The notes under the pieces: generated by a model
Seen by the model: only the letters and a program-made list of their open reading frames with translations
Told to the model about the DNA's origin: nothing
The model's database searches: none
Position numbers and translations under genes: made by a program
In this document: one piece after another, positions 25,933-39,676 of the stretch
Position numbering within the stretch: the first letter of the stretch is position 1
How the letters are laid out: every line of letters starts with the position of its first letter
Origin: Eledone cirrhosa
Taxonomy: Eukaryota
Direction: 5' to 3'
Assembly (NCBI GenBank): GCA_964016885.1
Contig: OZ024746.1
Location: forward strand, 61,380,001 to 61,444,000
Length of the DNA: 64,000 nucleotides

Positions 25933-27426
25933 TGTGGGCTCTTAGAAAACTAGGAGTAGATGAATGGCTTGTGAAAGCGGTACAAGCCATGTATAGGGGA
26001 GCAGTCAGCAAAGTTAGGATTAGCAATGAGTATAGCGAGGAATTTAGCGTACAGGTTGGGGTCCACCAGGGCTCTGTTCTTAGCCCTCTCCTGTTCATCA
26101 TAGTCCTGCAGGCAATAACGGAGGAGTTTAAGACCGGATGCCCATGGGAACTCCTGTATGCTGATGACCTCGCACTCATAGCTGAATCTATGGTAGAACT
26201 AGAGAATAAATTCCAAACCTGGAAGCAGGGACTAGAGAGAAAGGGCCTCAAAGTCAACATGACAAAGACTAAGGTCCTTGTAAGTAGACGAGAAAACAGA
26301 ACCCAGATCCCCTCAGGGAAATGGCCTTGCTCAGTATGTAGGAAAGGTGTAGGTAGGAACTCCATTCTCTGCCCCAAATGCAAACAATGGGTACACAAGA
26401 GATGTAGCGGGATCTCAGGAAGCTTAATTAAGAATGTAGGATTCACATGCAGCAGCTGTGCTGAAACAGCAAGCAAACAGCCACAGGAAACAAGTACCAC
26501 CAATCTCTGGGAGGGCCCTGTAGAAACAGTAGACAGCTTCTGCTACCTAGGTGACCGAATTAGCAACGGAGGTGGGTGCTCAGAAAGTACAATAACTAAG
26601 GTAAGAACGGGATGGAAGAAGTTTAGGGAACTACTACCACTGCTAGCTGCAAAAGGCTTCTCCCTCAGAATGAAAGGCAGACTGTATGATGCGTGTATCC
26701 GAACAGCGATGTTGCATGGTAGAGACCTGGGCACTGAAGGTGGAAGACTTACGTAGATTAGAGAGAAACGAAGCCTGCATACTCCGATGGATGTGTAACA
26801 GTAATATACGTGAACGACAAAGCATAAAGGAATTGAGAGAGAGACTGAGCATAAGAGGAATCAAATGCTGCGTGCAGGAGAGGCGGTTACGCTGGTATGG
26901 ACATGTGATGCGTATGAAGGATGACAGCTGCATAAAAAGGTGCAGAGCACTAGAAGTTGATGGAAACCGCGGAGTGGGGAGACCCAAGATGACTTGGGAT
27001 GAGGTGATAAAAGCCGACCTTACCCAACTACACCTCTCAAAGACAATGACACACGACCGTGACTTCTGGCGTCACGCAGTAATACAGGGTACCCGACCTC
27101 CCATGGGTACATGCTGAAGCATATAAATAATATGCCCCCACTCCCCCCCACCGCAAGGTGGTCGTGGAGGTGCCACGGCAAAAAAGCACCCAGCCCACAC
27201 TGTAAAGTGGACGTGTAGGCGCCACGAAAAAGCACCCAGCACTCACTGTAAATGAGGTTGGTGTTAGGAAGGGCATCCAGCTGTAAAAATCAAGCCAGAT
27301 CAGTTCCTGTATGAGCAAGGCATGGTCAGCCGACCAGACACTGCCCACAACAGGACAACCCGTCTAACCCATGCTAGTGTGGAAGAACGAACGTAAAACG
27401 GTGATGATGATGATGATGATGATGAT
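25933..27426 (+). mobile_element. 5'-truncated RTE LINE (family B') with module-containing 3' UTR
   Basis: WALRKLGVDEW...GVHQGSVLSPLLF...YADD...PHD finger...FCYLG...WYGHVMR, with a frameshift near 26720. 3' UTR 27118-27400, then (GAT)n. Confidence 0.9.
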
Positions 27427-27429
27427 GTG

Positions 27430-27475
<46 letters not shown>

Positions 27476-27512
27476 TATATGTATGTATATATATATATAT
27501 ATGTATTATATG

Positions 27513-27561
<49 letters not shown>

Positions 27562-27880
27562 TGTATATATATATTATATGTATGTATATATATATATATG
27601 TATTATATGTATATATATATATATATATATATGTATTATATGTATGTATATATATATATGTATTATATGTATGTATATATATATATGTATTATATGTATG
27701 TATATATATATATATGTATTATATGTATGTATATATATATATATGTATTATATGTATGTATATATATATATATATGTATTATATGTATGTATATATATAT
27801 ATATATGTATTATATGTATGTATATATATATATATATATGTATTATATGTATGTATATATATATATATATGTATTATATG

Positions 27881-27923
<43 letters not shown>

Positions 27924-28882
27924 TGTATATATATATATATTATATGTATGTATATATATATATATTATATGTATGTATATATATATTATATGTATGTATA
28001 TATATATATATGTATTATATGTATATATATATATATGTATTATATGTATATATATATATGTATATATATATATATGTATTATATGTATATATATATATGT
28101 ATTATATGTATATATATATATGTATATATATATATATGTATTATATGTATATATATATATATGTATTATATGTATATATATATATATGTATTATATGTAT
28201 ATATATATATATGTATTATATGTATATATATGTATTATATGTATATATATATATATATGTATTATATGTATATATATATATATATATGTATTATATGTAT
28301 ATATATATATATATATGTATTATATGTATATATATATATATATATGTATTATATGTATATATATATATATATATGTATTATATGTATATATATATATATA
28401 TGTATTATATGTATATATATATATATGTATTATATGTATATATATATATATGTATTATATGTATATATATATATATGTATTATATGTATATATATATATA
28501 TATGTATTATATGTATATATATATATATGTATTATATGTATATATATATATATGTATTATATGCATATATATATATATGTATTATATGTATATATATATA
28601 TATGTATTATATGTATATATATATATATTATATGTATATATATATATGTATTATATGTATATATATATATTATATGTATATATATATATGTATTATATAT
28701 ATATATGTATTATATGTATATATGTATTATATGTATATATATATATGTATTATATGTATATATATATATATATGTATTATATGTATATATATATATATAT
28801 GTATTATATGTATATATATATATATATGTATTATATGTATATATATATATATGTATTATATGTATATATATATATATGTATG

Positions 28883-28921
<39 letters not shown>

Positions 28922-29652
28922 ATATGTATATATATATATATATATATATGTATTATATGTATATATATATATATATGTATTATATGTATATATATATATA
29001 TATGTATTATATGTATATATGTATTATATGTATATATATATATGTATTATATGTATATATATATATGTATTATATGTATATATATACATGTATTATATGT
29101 ATATATATATATGTATTATATGTATATATATATACATGTATTATATGTATATATATATATGTATTATATGTATATATATATATGTATTATATGTATATAT
29201 ATATGTATTATATGTATATATATATGTATTATATGTATATATATATATGTATTATATGTATATATATACATGTATTATATGTATATATATATATGTATTA
29301 TATGTATATATACATGTATTATATGTATATATATATATGTATTATATGTATATATATATATGTATTATATGTATATATATATATATGTATTATATGTATA
29401 TATATATATGTATTATATGTATATATATATATGTATTATATGTATATATATATATGTATTATATGTATATATATATATATATATATGTATTATATGTATA
29501 TATATATATGTATTATATGTATATATATATATATGTATTATATGTATATATATATATATATGTATTATATGTATATATATATATATGTATTATATGTATA
29601 TGTATATATATATATATGTATTATATGTATATGTATATATATATATATGTAT

Positions 29653-29683
<31 letters not shown>

Positions 29684-29708
29684 GTATTATATGTATATAT
29701 ATATGTAT

Positions 29709-29739
<31 letters not shown>

Positions 29740-30033
29740 GTATTATATGTATATATATATATATATATATGTATTATATGTATATATATATATATGTATT
29801 ATATGTATATATATATATATATGTATTATATGTATATATATATATATATGTATTATATGTATATATATATATATGTATTATATGTATATATATATATATG
29901 TATTATATGTATATATATATATATATATGTATTATATGTATATATATATATATGTATTATATGTATATATATATATATATGTATTATATGTATATATATA
30001 TATATGTATTATATGTATATATATATATATGTA

Positions 30034-30079
<46 letters not shown>

Positions 30080-30135
30080 TATATGTATATATATATATAT
30101 GTATTATATGTATATATATATATATGTATTATATG

Positions 30136-30168
<33 letters not shown>

Positions 30169-30182
30169 GTATTATATGTATA

Positions 30183-30223
<41 letters not shown>

Positions 30224-30345
30224 TATATGTATATATATATATATGTATTATATGTATATATATATATATATGTATTATATGTATATATATATATGTATTA
30301 TATGTGTATACATATATATGTATTATATGTATATATATATATATG

Positions 30346-30397
<52 letters not shown>

Positions 30398-30761
30398 TAT
30401 ATGTATATATATATGTATTATATGTATATATATATGTATTATATGTATATATATATGTATTATATGTATATATATATGTATTATATGTATATATATATGT
30501 ATTATATGTATATGTATTATATGTATATATATATATGTATTATATGTATATATATGTAATATATGTATATATATATATGTATTATATATATGTATTATAT
30601 GTATATATATATGTATATATATATATATGTATTATATGTATATATATATATATATGTATTATATGTATATATGTATTATATGTATATATATATATATATA
30701 TGTATTATATGTATATATATATATATGTATTATATGTATATATATATATATGTATTATATG

Positions 30762-30803
<42 letters not shown>

Positions 30804-31019
30804 TATATGTATTATATGTATATATATATATATATATATGTATTATATGTATATATATATGTATTATATGTATATATATATATATGTATTATATGTATAT
30901 ATATATATATATGTATTATATGTATATATATATATATATATATGTATTATATGTATATATATATATATATATATATGTATTATATGTATATATATATATA
31001 TATATATATGTATTATATG

Positions 31020-31058
<39 letters not shown>

Positions 31059-31068
31059 GTATTATATG

Positions 31069-31110
<42 letters not shown>

Positions 31111-31121
31111 TGTATTATATG

Positions 31122-31163
<42 letters not shown>

Positions 31164-31194
31164 TGTATTATATGTATATATATATATATATGTA

Positions 31195-31226
<32 letters not shown>

Positions 31227-31229
31227 GTA

Positions 31230-31285
<56 letters not shown>
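27427..31285. repeat. ~3.9-kb TA-derived array with GTATTATATGT(AT)n unit
   Basis: Direct inspection. Confidence 0.98.
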
Positions 31286-31286
<1 letters not shown>

Positions 31287-32787
31287 TGTCTAAATATCCA
31301 CGAACATGTTTATCTACATAGATATTTATCCATCTGTCTATTTGCTTGTATTGTCTATCTATCTGTATATTCTATCTACCCTGCCTCATCATCATCAACA
31401 TCGATTATCGTCTATCTTCCATGCTAGCATGGGTTATCTATTATAACTATTCTATTTGTTACAGTAGACAGAAAGAGATTGGTTATGCTTCCTATAGTCT
31501 TCCTGGTGTACATCAGTGAACAGCTTGTTATAAACTTCTATATTAGAAGTTTATAACAAGTCCAAATGTACATATTCCTATGCATATGATAGCTCCTTTC
31601 ACACCCCCTTAACCCAAATCAATAGCTCAGACATTTCCCATCAATACCTGTATGGCCTCCTTGAAAATATTCCCTTTTCGGGATACAGCAACGTATTATC
31701 ACCATTTTTTTTATGCTGGCGTAGACTGAAACTTTTTGAGGCAGTGTTTTAACACTGAATGTCCTTTCCTAATGCCAACCCTTTTAGACACCTCACACAC
31801 CAGGCAGGGATACAGTGTACCTGTTCTAAAAACTAGCACACACACTCCTTCAAAAGTACCAAGACACAATTACTACATATATCAAGAAAACGGTCTTACA
31901 CTACACCATCTTTACAACACCGAACTGAAGACCTCAACGTTACCACAAATGCTAGATCTTAGAATTTCTGGTAATTGCTGTTGTCTAGCCCCAAGACAGA
32001 TCTGATTAAGTAGACTTATGATCAAGGATGTTTAATTAAGCCTTGATCATCTCCCATAGTAACCTCACCTATATAACTTTGCTGAAATTGTATCCTAAAA
32101 CTAGGCTTTCTCTCCAGAGTCAAGAAATATTTTGAGTCAGATCAGTTGCTGATCTTCTACGAAACTCAATGTGACCTATATTAGTGAATTACTCACATAT
32201 CTGGGCTAGTGCTCTTGTTGGTGCTACATACTCAATAACCATATACAGCATCTGAAAGAAAACCAGTTGGCTAATAGTAAAAGCTCACTCAACATTACAC
32301 TACGACCACTGGCACACAGACATTATTATTTTGGTTATTTCTCTTCATCCCTTATAACCACAATTACAATAGCCTCCACTTTTTCTGAAGTAGCAAGCTA
32401 CATACCAGCTCGAAAACCAACTAAATACACTTGTTTGACCTAATGTATCTCACCTTCTCCACCAGATCCCAAACAACATACTTTTGCTCAACAACTTCTC
32501 TCCAAAACTACACTTCAGAAACATCACCGCCATCCCCACCCGTTCTTTTCCTGCAGACATTGGTTTACTGAAATTCAAACTAAACATCAACAACATTGAT
32601 TTCATCAGTGTTGGAGGGCCTGCATTGTTGTGAATGTTGCTCTTCTTTCTATCATTAAATATTAATGAAAACATGTTGTCTATCCACTCATCTATCCTAC
32701 ACTCTGTCTTTCGATCCATCAGTCTGTTTGTTTATCCATTTTCTGCCTGTTAATCCTTCCATTAATTTCTCAGTTTATTTGTTGGTT

Positions 32788-33170
32788 TGTCTATCCATCT
32801 GGCCATCTCTCCAGTTGTCTATCCATCTGGCCATCTCTCCAGTTGTCTATCCAACCGTCCATCTCTCCAGTTGTCTATCCATCCGTCCATCTCTCCAGTT
32901 GTCTATCCATCTGGCCATCTCTCCATTTGTCTATCCATCTGTCCATCTCTCCATTTGTCTATCCATCTGGCCGTCTCTCCATTTGTCTATCCATCCGTCC
33001 ATCTCTCCAGTTGTCTATCCAACCGTCCATCTCTCCAGTTGTCTATCCATCCGTCCATCTCTCCAGTTGTCTATCCATCTGGCCATCTCTCCATTTGTTT
33101 ATCCATCCGTCCATCTCTCCAGATGTCTATCCATCCGTCCATCTCTCCAGTTGTCTATCCATCCGTCCTC
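32788..33170. repeat. 28-bp minisatellite TGTCTATCCATCTGGCCATCTCTCCAGT (about 13-14 copies)
   Basis: Direct inspection. Confidence 0.92.
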
Positions 33171-34169
33171 TCTTCTTTTGTCCATCGATCCACCTTATCC
33201 ATCCACCCACCTGTTTGTCTATTTATTCGTTCATCTGTCTGTCTATTTGTGCTTTTGTCTGTCCATCCATCTATTTATCTGTGTTTGTCTATCTATCTAT
33301 CTGTCAATCTAGCCATTTTCGATTAGTCTAGCCATGTCTGTCTGTATAGCTATGTCTGTCTGTCTGTCTAGCCATCTGTCTGTCTCTGTCTGACTATTCA
33401 TGTCTCTTAGTCTAGCTGTCTTTCTCAATCCCTATGTCTGTCTAAATAGTCACAGGACTTTTTAGTCATCGGTCTTTCCATCCAATTATCTGTCTGTTTG
33501 TTCTTCCATCCATCTCTCTCTCTCTCCCTCTCTGTCCATCTCTCTACCTATATATCTATTCATCCATAGGCATGTCTATACATTCTCCTGTCTGTTTGTC
33601 TGTTCATCTGTACATCTATTAGTCTAGCTACCTCTCTGTCTGTCTATTTATCTACCTGTCTCACTGTATGTTTGTCTGATTATCTTTAATTAGCAGTAGT
33701 AGCACTAACATAGCATGGTTCATCATAAGGGTGTACATGAAATCATATACGATATGTTTATGCATAATAAACACATAAGAGCCTCGCTATGAATGTTTTA
33801 AGTTGTGATCATGTATTTATCATCATCATCATTTGTTTTATGCATTTGCTTGGTTTAGTCTCTCTATCTGTATATCTGCATATCCAACCATCCATGTGCC
33901 TGTTCATCTAAATACCTGATATGTCTGTTGGTCTGTCCATCCAAGTGTCTGTTCCTCCATTTATCCATCTATCTGTTTGCCTATCTGTCTGTCCATCTAT
34001 CTGTCTATTTATCTTTGTGTGTGTCCATATTTGTCAGTCAATCCACCCATTTGTCTGTGCATCCATCCATCTACCTCTCTATCCAGTTGTCTGTCTAACC
34101 ATCCATCCATCCATCCAGTTGTCTGTCTAACCATCCATCCATCCAGTTGTCTGTCAATCTATACATCTC

Positions 34170-35465
34170 CCCATCCAGCCATCCATACATCTACCCATCT
34201 CTCTATCCATCCATACATCTTTCCATTTCTTTATCCAGCTCTCCATACATCTGCCCATCTCTCCATCTCTCCTTCCATCCATACATCTGTCTGTCTCTCC
34301 ATCTCTCCTTCCATCCATACATCTGTCTGTCTCTCCATCCACCCATCCATACATCTACCCATCTCTCCATCCACCCATCCATACATCTACCCATCTCTCC
34401 ATCCACCCATCCATACATCTACCCATCTCTCCATCCATCTGCTCATCTTTCCATCCATACATCTGCCCATCTCTCCATCCACTCATACATCTGCTCCTCC
34501 ATCCATCCATACATCTGTCCGTCTCTCCATCCATCCATCTGCTCATCTCTCTATCCCTCCATACATCTGTCTGTCTCTCTATCCCTCCATACATCTGTCT
34601 GTCTCTCTATCCCTCCATACATCTGTCTCTCTATCCCTCCATACATCTGTCCGTCTCTCCATCCATCCATACATCTGTCCGTCTCTCCATCCATCCATAC
34701 ATCTGTCCGTCTCTCCATCCATCCATACATCTGTCCGTCTCTCCATCCATCCATACATCTGTCTGTCTCTCCATCCACCCATCCATACATCTACCCATCT
34801 CTCCATCCACCCATCCATACATCTACCCATCTCTCCATCGATCCATACATCTACCCATCTCTCCATCCACTCATACATCTGCTCCTCTCCATCCATCCAT
34901 ACATCTGTCCGTCTCTCCATCCATCCATCTGCTCATCTCTCTATCCTTCCATACATCTGTCTGTCTCTCTATCCCTCCATACATCTGTCTCTCTATCCCT
35001 CCATACATCTGTCTCTCTCTATCCCTCCATACATCTGTCTGTCTCTCCATCCATCCATACATCTGTCCGTCTCTCCATCCATCCATCCATACATCTGTCC
35101 GTCTCTCCATCCATCCATACATCTGTCCGTCTCTCCATCCATCCATACATATGTCCGTCTCTCCATCCATCCATACATCTGTCCGTCTCTCCATCCATCC
35201 ATACATCTGTCTGTCTCTCCATCCATCCATACATCTGTCCGTCTCTCCATCCATACATCTGTCCGTCTCTCCATCCATCCATACATCTGCTCATCTCTCC
35301 ATCCATACATCTGTCCGTCTCTCCATCCATCCATACATCTGTCCGTCTCTCCATCCATCCATACATCTGTCCGTCTCTCCATCCATCCATACCTCTGTCC
35401 GTCTCTCCATCCATATATCTGCTCATCTCTCCATCTCTCTATTCATCCATACATCTGTCCATCTC
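34170..35465. repeat. ~28-bp minisatellite CCATCCATACATCTGTCCGTCTCTCCAT
   Basis: Direct inspection. Confidence 0.92.
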
Positions 35466-36124
35466 TTTATCCATCTATCCATCCAAACCAGATTATGTTG
35501 ACACTTGTGCCATTTAATAGCCATGTTACATCCATTATAATTGCTATTGTTACATTATAATTGCTATTGTTTATTTTCAAAAGCCTGCTTTCCAGATTAA
35601 CAATTGTTTATACTTTAAAAAGTTGATATTTTTAACTGTTGATCTCTTGTGATTGAAATATCCACTAATGGGTGGATAACTAGTAATAAAGTTCACATTG
35701 TGTCTATGTAATAAATCTGTTGCTGTGGTCATCCATGTGGATAACGGAATTAGTAGAGTCTCAGACAAATTACTTTGAGATATATTAGGTAATGTATCTT
35801 TTGTTTTGAGTCCAAATCCTACCCAGTTTCAATTTGACTTTCATCCTTTCAAGGTTGGTAAAATATGTACAGGGATTGATGTAAATTAACTTAGATGTAC
35901 AAGGGAGAACTTGACCATTAGGTACTGTTAGAAGAGTTTATTCTGTTGCAATTATCTGGGCTAGATGTTCAGTTTGAGGATACTCTGCTCCCAGTTACAG
36001 AAGCCCTGAAAAGCTTTGTGGATATTGCTCTGCCCTCCTTCACTAAATTATTTAAAAATAAAAGTAAATGAAGTGGTACTAAATAAGAAAGTTATTTCTA
36101 CACAGTTGTCTTAGCTTCTACCTT

Positions 36125-36390
36125 ATCATCATCATCAATTAACATCTATCTTCCACACTAGCATGTGTTAGACGGGTTTGTCTGATTTAGAGGCAAGTTG
36201 GGTTGGGTGACCGTGTCTTGCTCATATAGGAGAGTTTCCAGCTTGTTTTCTACAGCTGGATGTCCTTCCTAACGCCAACCACATTTACAGTGTATGCTGG
36301 GTGCTTTTTTCTGTGTCTTTTACATGTCCACCTTACAGTGTGGGCAGGGTGCTTTTTGTTGTGACACCTACACGATCACTTTACAGTCAT
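36125..36390 (-). mobile_element. Degenerate RTE 3'-UTR/SINE-like copy
   Basis: Reverse complement has GGTTGGCGTTAGGAAGGACATCCAGCTGTAGAAAA and a (GAT)n tail. Confidence 0.75.
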
Positions 36391-36529
36391 CAGTTAAAAG
36401 AAGACTTACAACAACCATGATAGTTGTAAATTTTACTTCATTTTCATTTCTGTATATTTTGTATCAAAATATTATCCTAACATGTAAACTCTGATAGTGT
36501 TTGATAAATATTGCTGACTTATATATATA

Positions 36530-36712
36530 TAATTGTTTCTACTTTTGGCACAAGGCCAGTAATTACCCCAGTGCATTACTGGTACTTTATTTTATCAACC
36601 CTGTAAGGATGAAAGGCAAAGTTAACCTCGGCGGATTTGAACCCAGAACGTAAAGGGCCATAACTATGTTGCAAAGCATGGTGTCTGACGCTCTACCGAT
36701 ACTGCCAAACCA
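36530..36712 (-). mobile_element. Meta-domain-like SINE
   Basis: Reverse complement matches 57939-58125. Confidence 0.8.
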
Positions 36713-37000
36713 GCATAGCAGATTCCAATTATTTGAGGCAGTCACAAAGCCCTCAATGATGTGAAAAGTTAATATATTTTCACGAAAAGTTAATAGTGAC
36801 ACCAAGAATAAAGCAACATGTGGCCATAACAATACCCCAACATTGACATAGTCAAACAGGTCAATGTATATATGTGTGTGTATGTGTGTGTATATATATG
36901 TGTGTATATGTGTGTGTGTGTGTATATATGTGTGTGTGTGTGTGTTTGTATGTATGGGTATGTGTATATATGTGTGTACATGTGTGTGTGTGTATATATA

Positions 37001-37867
37001 CAGGGTGCGGATGATATTTGTTCGCAAGATTACTGTCTAGGAAAAAATAACACAGTAGTTTTATTTTTAAAGATTTATTTATCAAACTTGGGTCAGTTTG
37101 TCTTCATGACTTGTTCTTTCGATCTCACTCGATAAACCCGCCATTGGCTTTGATGACGGCTTCAAGGCGGCCTCGGAACCGGCTACAGGCCTTCGTCACT
37201 ATCCCCCGACTTAGGCCCCTAAAGGCACTTGTGATCCTGGCATTCAGATCGTCTTTCGTATTGCAGCTAGATCTGATGGTGTCTCGTTCCACTGCGCCCC
37301 ACACAAAGAAGTCGAGGGGGTTGCAGTCAGGCGAGCTGGAGGCCAGATGTCAGGTGAAGTGTGGTCAACGAAGTTCTCTGACAGCCAGGCTTGGGTCTTT
37401 CGGCTGGTATGGCAGGGCGCTGAGTCTTGCTGCCACACGAACGGCCTACCTGCAGCTACCTGGTCGATCCAGGGCTTTACTACCTCGCTCAGAACGCGGA
37501 TGCAGCCATCGGTGTTCAGCTTGAGGCCCTCAGGGAAGAAGTGAGGTGGCATGACAACACCTAAGATTAATGTTGTCGCTGGAAACTTTGCATGACTCTG
37601 GGCACGTTTTTGGATGAGACAGCGAGCCACCTGTTGTTCTGGGAGTTGATCTTCTGGTCTTGGCAGTCCTCCCGGCGCGGATTCCAAGAAGAACTCTGTG
37701 TCTCTTCCACAAATTTGGAAGTTCAAAATTATTTATAATCAATTATTCTGAAAATAAATAATGGAAATATAGTCAGTTTTTATGAAGACAAGAGTGACAA
37801 CGGAAGTAAAAAAAATTGGCATAAAATTAGCAGTTGAAAATTGCGAACAAATATCGTCCACACCCTG
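37001..37867 (-). mobile_element. Internally deleted Tc1/mariner-superfamily transposon, DD37D (maT) type
   Basis: 27-bp TIRs CAGGGTGCGGATGATATTTGTTCGCAA / TTGCGAACAAATATCGTCCACACCCTG, with TA on the left. FVWQQDSAPCH...WPPSSPDCNPLDF (after repairing a 1-bp deletion) gives D-37-D spacing. Confidence 0.88.
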
Positions 37868-37935
37868 TGTGTGTGTGTGTGTGTCTATATATGTGTGTGT
37901 ATATATATATGTGTGTATATGTATATATATATATA

Positions 37936-37966
<31 letters not shown>

Positions 37967-37983
37967 GATGATATATATATGTA

Positions 37984-38014
<31 letters not shown>

Positions 38015-38031
38015 GATGATATATATATGTA

Positions 38032-38062
<31 letters not shown>

Positions 38063-39003
38063 GTATGTGCGTGTGTATATATAGATATATATATATATAA
38101 TGTGTGTATATATATAATTCTGTTAGTAATGATTTCAAAATAATAAACATGATGACATCATTGAACTGTAAAATCATCCACTTTGCCAACACTATATAAT
38201 TCATTGCACACAAACACGCACACATAGAAAAAAGATGTTACCACACCCAGAATATAATCAAATTGACCTAGTTTATGCACTGCATGTTTTTCTTTAAATT
38301 CACCCAGGCAGATTTTTCTGTTTTATGTCTAAATGGAAGATCAGATGTTAAAACTGTTTTGATCAAAATGATGGTGATAAGTTTATTAAAGAAATCATAA
38401 ACTAAACTTTGGGTTTCATTTTATATTTGGTACATGACTCTTTTATATCTAGATTTAACAGTTAAGATGAATAGGTTTCTTCATAGAGTTAACGACACAT
38501 AATGTACATTGAATTTTCCTTAATTTGAACTTGTTGTTATTTATTTTTTCACCTGCTTTTCATGCTGGAATCAGTTGAATAGGTTGTCATAATCTGGGTC
38601 AGTTATTTGGGAATTACTGTTCTAGATGGGTTGAAGGGCCACTTCTTACTCACCACATTCCAGTTTTGGCATGGTTTCAATAGCTGGATGCTCTTTCTAA
38701 CACCAAACTATTTTACAGAGTTAACTGGGTGCATTTTACTGTTGCACCAAACACTAGAGGGGTTGTTATATCCTCAGCAAGACTAAGGGGTTCTCTCAAC
38801 CCTATGTTGTCCCCACCTCTTCAACCATTTTATAGAGTGTAGTGAACACATTTTATTGTGGCACCAGTACTAGTATATTTATTTTGAGTCTTTCAAGAAT
38901 AAACACTACCAACAACTCAACATTGTCAATAATTCTAACCGTATAATTATATGATAAAACAACTGTTGAAATATATATACATTTATCTTAATTTTGGACT
39001 TAG

Positions 39004-39030
<27 letters not shown>

Positions 39031-39034
<4 letters not shown>

Positions 39035-39195
39035 GTTGGTGTTAGGAAGGACATCCAGCTGTAGAAATCAAGCCAAAATCAGTTCCGTATGAGCAAGACA
39101 TGGTCACCTGACCTGGCATTGCCCACAACAGGACAACCCGTCTAACCCATGTTAGCGTGGAAGAATGGACATAAGACGGAGTTGATGATGATGAT
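39031..39195 (+). mobile_element. 3' part of RTE family B' UTR
   Basis: Matches about 27253-27420. Confidence 0.8.
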
Positions 39196-39279
39196 TATAT
39201 ATATATATATATATAATGTTATATCTGTATAAATACAAAGTGTGTAACCAAAACTGCACAAACATGTATAAATATATTA

Positions 39280-39369
<90 letters not shown>

Positions 39370-39387
39370 TAATATATTTATACATGT

Positions 39388-39642
39388 GAAGGCGCATGGC
39401 TTAGTGGTTAGAGCATTGGGCTTGCAATCGAAAGGTTGTGAGTTCAATTCTCGGACCGGGTGATGTGTTGTTTCCTTGAGCAAGACACTATATTTCACGT
39501 TGCTCCAGTTTACTCAGCTGTAGAAATGAGTACCGGCCTGCCCGCCCAGCCAGTGGGATGGCGTTATCTTATGGCTAAAACAGCACAACGTGCTGTGACC
39601 AGCGGCGCCAATTGGCGCCCGACAGACTGGTCGGTCAAGGTA
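39388..39642 (+). mobile_element. tRNA/CORE-like SINE with an alternative tail
   Basis: Head GGCGCATGGCTTAGTGGTTAGAGC...GAGTTCAATTC...CCTTGAGCAAGACACT, then a tail unrelated to RTE. Confidence 0.8.

Positions 39643-39676
<34 letters not shown>

Noticed and set aside
32788-33170. CRISPR-like array of 28-bp repeats
   Set aside because: Head-to-tail units without unique spacers, in a eukaryotic context with no cas genes.
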